DNA of 61,939 nucleotides, the filler included, from Fonticula-like sp. SCN 57-25 (lineage: Eukaryota), in the NCBI GenBank assembly GCA_001724245.1. It is 7 parts of 7 records of this genome, joined end to end, with 100 filler letters (N's around TTAATTAATTAA, not from the genome) between each part and the next. Parts side by side here need not be neighbours in the genome. Positions count along the whole stretch, not along the records: positions 53,224 to 61,939 come from MEDX01000292.1; 6 more parts are not named here. One strand, written 5' to 3'. Below are positions 58,206 through 61,939 of this stretch, one piece after another. The first letter of the stretch is position 1. The number at the start of each line of letters is the position of its first letter. A program made the position numbers and the translations under genes. The notes beneath the pieces were generated by a model. The model searched no databases and was not told the DNA's origin. It was given only the letters and a program-made list of their open reading frames with translations.

Positions 58206-58682
58206 TTAAGACGACGAGATGAGCGGGCGGTAGATGGTGAGCGTCTCGATGCCGTACTTTTTCATGTACGCATTGACCTTTGTGTGCGACCATCCCGCGA
58301 TCGGCTCGCCGTTGATCTTTTGGATGCGATCCTTTGGCAGCAGCCCACATCGCGCCGCGAGCCCGTCCTTGGACACTGAAAGTATCCTCGTTCCCTTCTT
58401 CTTTGTCGTGCGGACCATCATTCCAACGCGGCCCTTGCCGATCTTGCCGACATCGACGAGCAGCTCGCGGAAGGTGATGCCGTCGGCGGACTGGTAAGTG
58501 TCGCCCACCTTGGTCGTGCCGAGCGCGTCCTCTTCGTACATCGGAACGCTGCCAGAGGCGCCAGCTTCGCCGCGGTAGATGTCGCTCACGGGGTCTTCCA
58601 CACGGTTGTAGGTGGGCGGCACGGCCGACTCGGAGTCATCGTCGGGATGATCGTCGTCGTAATAGGCAGGAACGTAGCTCAT
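58206..58682 (-). CDS. Small PDZ-domain protein
   Basis: RVGMMV...TRILSVSKDGLAARCGLLPKDRIQKING...WSHTKV PDZ pattern. Confidence 0.8.
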   Translation of the reverse strand: MSYVPAYYDDDHPDDDSESAVPPTYNRVEDPVSDIYRGEAGASGSVPMYEEDALGTTKVGDTYQSADGITFRELLVDVGKIGKGRVGMMVRTTKKKGTRILSVSKDGLAARCGLLPKDRIQKINGEPIAGWSHTKVNAYMKKYGIETLTIYRPLISSS

Positions 58683-59030
58683 GATGACTGTTGATAGAAG
58701 AGAACGCAGGAACGAAAGGTAGGGATGTTGGTGAGCATATATGTAAAACGGAGCAGCAGAGACGTACCGAAAAAGGCAGGATGTTGTGGGGATCCCCTGC
58801 TGTTTTGGCTGCGATTCACGAAACGAGCGACGTCACAATGACAGCGCAAACCAGTTTGCTTATATATGCAAACTTGTGATCGGTTTGCACTGTTACTGCA
58901 AGCAGGACAGAAGCAGGACGCGTCAGCCGATTCACGGGTCCGCCGCGAGTGGGCTTGTGATCCCTTCCGCTCACCCGCTTTATAGCAGCAGATAACCGCG
59001 CATTTGATTGCGTTTGCTCTGTTTTTCATC

Positions 59031-60077
59031 ATGGCAGCGAGCAGCACTTCAGATTCGGCGACATGGTTCAAGAATGTTCAGATCCCGACGGAGCCGACCC
59101 CGACGGCGCTCCTCGTCACGCACATCTCGCCTGCCGCCACTGAAGAGAAGAGTACGGCGCTCTCCCTGTTCAAAACGACTATCAATATCTAATTTATTCA
59201 TATTATTTTTATTTAGTTCGCGAGTTTTTCTCTTTCTGCGGCTCCGTCACTCAGCTTGAGCTGATCCCCTGGACGGACCCCACGACGTCGGTCAAGTCGC
59301 AACGCGCCTTTGTTCAGTTCCAGTTCCCCGAGGCGGCGCACACGGCCGTCCTTTTGAACAACGCGACCATTGTGGACATGTCGATCAACATTGCGCCGTA
59401 CTTTGACGCGTCCCTCCTGCCCAAGCCCGCGGCCAAGGATGAGGACGAGTCGGTCACCATGGTCAACTCGATGCCGCTCTTTGGCGATCACGAGGATGCC
59501 ATCTCGCAGGAGGACAAGCCCAAGCAGTCAATTGTTGCTGACCTGATCGCAAAGGGATACCGCCTCGGCGACAAGATCATGGCCGACGCCGAAGAGTTTG
59601 ACAGTACGATCGGGAGTTTGGCTTATTGCAGTTTGCATCAGTACAATTGAACGCATGTCTAACATCTTGCCTTTAGATAAGCATGGCTTTTCGGTCCGCT
59701 TCAGCCAGTTCTTTGACCGCGTCAAGGCGCGCGGCGGCACCTTCTCCGAGCGCTACCAGCTCGTATCTGGCCGCGCGCGCGACACCGCCAACGCGTTCTT
59801 CGACGACGTGCGCACAGTCAACGAAAAGTATCACGTGACTGGCTCTTTGAATGAGTTTGTGACTGCGACGGGCAACGCGGCGGCCGACATGGCCAAGCGA
59901 ATGGACGAGACGTGGAAGATCAGGGAGAACGTTGGCGGCGCGGCGGCCGCGGCGGTGAGCTTTTTCGAGGGCGTTGTTGGTGGCGGAGCGGCCGCGCAGG
60001 AGCAGCAGGAGGATCAGCAGCAGGAAGAGAAGCAGGAGGAGAAGCAGGAGGAGGTCAAGGACGAGGTCAAGCAGTGA
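59031..60077 (+). CDS. RRM protein of the Vip1 (fission yeast)/BPA1 type
   Basis: Spliced LLVTHISPAATEEKIREFFSFCG...AFVQF...TAVLLNNATI and QEDKPKQSIVADLIAKGYRLGD...DNKHG. Confidence 0.8.
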
Positions 60078-60497
60078 TGACGCAAACTGCAAACTGTGTA
60101 GTGGTGGTCAGCGTGTAGTTGCTCTTACAGTACTTGTATCGCAAATATAAGCTCTTTATTGCAAACGTGCTAGCTAGGCCTGTGAATGGAGCTGTAAAGG
60201 AAGAGCTTGTGCTCGTTTTATGGCGGGCATCGCCTGGACGCGCTATTGATGCACATTCGGTGACAGGATCGTCTCAAGTCGTGATTGGATTGCTATGACA
60301 ATCATTGAAAACATCGATTACGTAATCCGGCTCTTGAGACGATTTCTGTAATCTCCGTCGTTTGCCGGTTTCCTTTCGAGCAGTTAGAAGGGATCAGCCT
60401 CCGCGGCGATTGGATTGCAAGCTCACTTTTGCTAGCGGATCTACATTGCCGTTCTCCGATAGACACCTTTGCTTTTGTTCTTTTTTGTTGTTTTGCC

Positions 60498-61939
60498 ATG
60501 GGCGATCGCATCCTGGAGGAAGCCGTCCTCGCCGAGGAATCGTCCATCTTCCGCACGGAAGAGGAGCTCGCTGCTGATGCCGATGACGACGTCGAGTACA
60601 AGAACGAAGACACATTCGGCGACTTTGACGACGTCGGTGCGTATTCTCTTTTGCATGATGTCTCGGTTCAGCATTCTTACTCCTATTCCAGGCGGCGACT
60701 TTGACTTTGACGGCAATGCCGCGCGCCTTGCTAGCCAGCTTCAAGCCGAGCAGCCCTGGACGGTTCGTTACCACAGCACTTTGCGCGTGTTTTAATTCTC
60801 TTTCTTTCCTCTTTCCTTTTCTTGTCACTTTGATAGGATACGCCGAGTGTTCCCCTCAAGGAGGAAAAGATTGTCGTGCCGATCAAGCATGCCTCTGATG
60901 TACGTGATCACTGTCGCTGATCGCCGTTTGCTGATGCCGATGCGCCGATAGGAGGCGCGCGATCGCCAGATGAACGCGCACGTCCGCATGGAGTCGTCGC
61001 AGCCGCCGGTTCACCCGCCGTACCCGGCTCACCGCCAGCACGCGATCCCGTCTCTCTTGCCTTCGCAGCAGCAGCAGCAGATGCCTCAGCAGCACATGCA
61101 GCAGCAGTATCAGCAGCAGCAGATGCCCCAGCAGATGCCTCAGCAGCACATGCAGCAGCAACACATGCAGCAGCAGATGCCCCAGCAGCACATGCTGCAG
61201 CAGCATGGTGCGCTATCGTCCTTTTCCTCTTCCTTTGCTGATGTCCCCGCGCAGATCCTGCTACCGCGCAGCTTCAGTCTCTCTACCGCACGCACATTCA
61301 GCAGCTTGAAGAGCTCCAGCGCCACCATATTGCGCAGCAGCACGAGGCCATCGCCTCTGTCGGCCCCGCCCCCCCCGCCACAAACCTTGACGAGCAGCTC
61401 GCCAGCGGCCTGAAGCTGACCGACGACGCCGCCAAGCAGCAGCAGTACCAGCAGAGCGTGATGCGCGTGCTGGGCGAGCTGAGGCAGCAGCAGGCACTGC
61501 AGCTGCAGCAGGTGCAGATGTTTCAAAAGGGAGAGATGGAGAAGCTGCAGGCGGCCATTGCCCAGCAGCAGCACCACCAGCAGGGACAGCAGCAGCAGGG
61601 ACAGCAGGGACAGTATCCTCAGCAGCAGCAGGGACAGTACCAGCAGCATCCACAGCAGCAACAATACCCTCAGCAGCAGCAATATCCTCAGCAGCACCCT
61701 CAGCAGTTCCAGCAGCAACAGTTTCAGCAGCAGCAGCAGCAGCAGATGCTCCAGCGTCCAGGTGCGATTACGCATGCGATTTTGTCTTTCTTTGTGATGC
61801 TTGTGCTTGTTTCTGCTCCATTTCCACTCCATTTCTGCCTCACTTTCCCTTTTGCTCACGTTCAATTTCAGTTGGCCCCAAGGCCGTTGAAGCGTACCGC
61901 CGCGAGCTAAAGAACCGCCTTCCCTTCCTCCGCTTCAGC
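60498..61939 (+). CDS. PAT1: Pat1-like mRNA decapping activator, N-terminal part (Q/P-rich); 3' truncated
   Basis: Acidic N-terminus with NEDTFGD and DFDF motifs, followed by multi-exon Gln-rich low-complexity sequence. Confidence 0.7.

Noticed and set aside
61061-61760. CAG-rich tracts as a mobile or expansion element
   Set aside because: They encode the Gln-rich disordered region of the Pat1-like protein.

Overview
This window is eukaryotic and is not one locus. It is seven unrelated contigs of about 8.7-8.8 kb, sorted by decreasing length (8796, 8789, 8769, 8769, 8763, 8737, 8716 bp) and joined by artificial 100-nt linkers (44 N + TTAATTAATTAA + 44 N). The DNA is gene-dense with short spliceosomal introns (about 45-70 nt, mostly GTACG/GTGCG donors) and the standard genetic code. 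The gene content suggests a unicellular non-animal eukaryote, probably an opisthokont such as a nucleariid (inference; the contigs may not all come from one organism). Recognisable housekeeping genes: neurobeachin/LRBA, Nup214-like nucleoporin, SPF45, a CDK, NDUFA12, Sec61-alpha, SMN, SERF, NPL-FKBP, mS45, SETD9, ANKRD54, chorismate synthase, DENND4, aminoacylase-1, PRMT7, MePCE/Bin3, clathrin heavy chain, sepiapterin reductase, Vip1-like RRM and Pat1. Most notable: (1) an intronless fusion of a DMT/TPT-type transporter to a lumenal polysaccharide pyruvyltransferase; (2) a tandem pair of WD40-coiled coil-SAM-SAM genes with phase-0 introns at WD repeat boundaries and a hypervariable propeller top face, resembling an immune or allorecognition sensor; (3) a secreted homolog of bacterial mcl-PHA depolymerase; (4) a head-to-head pair of distantly related secreted proteins; (5) a receptor pseudokinase with at least 20 HormR-like repeats; (6) PRMT7 and MePCE with start codons overlapping or at most 22 bp apart. 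Family assignments rest on motif recognition from memory; no database searches were run.
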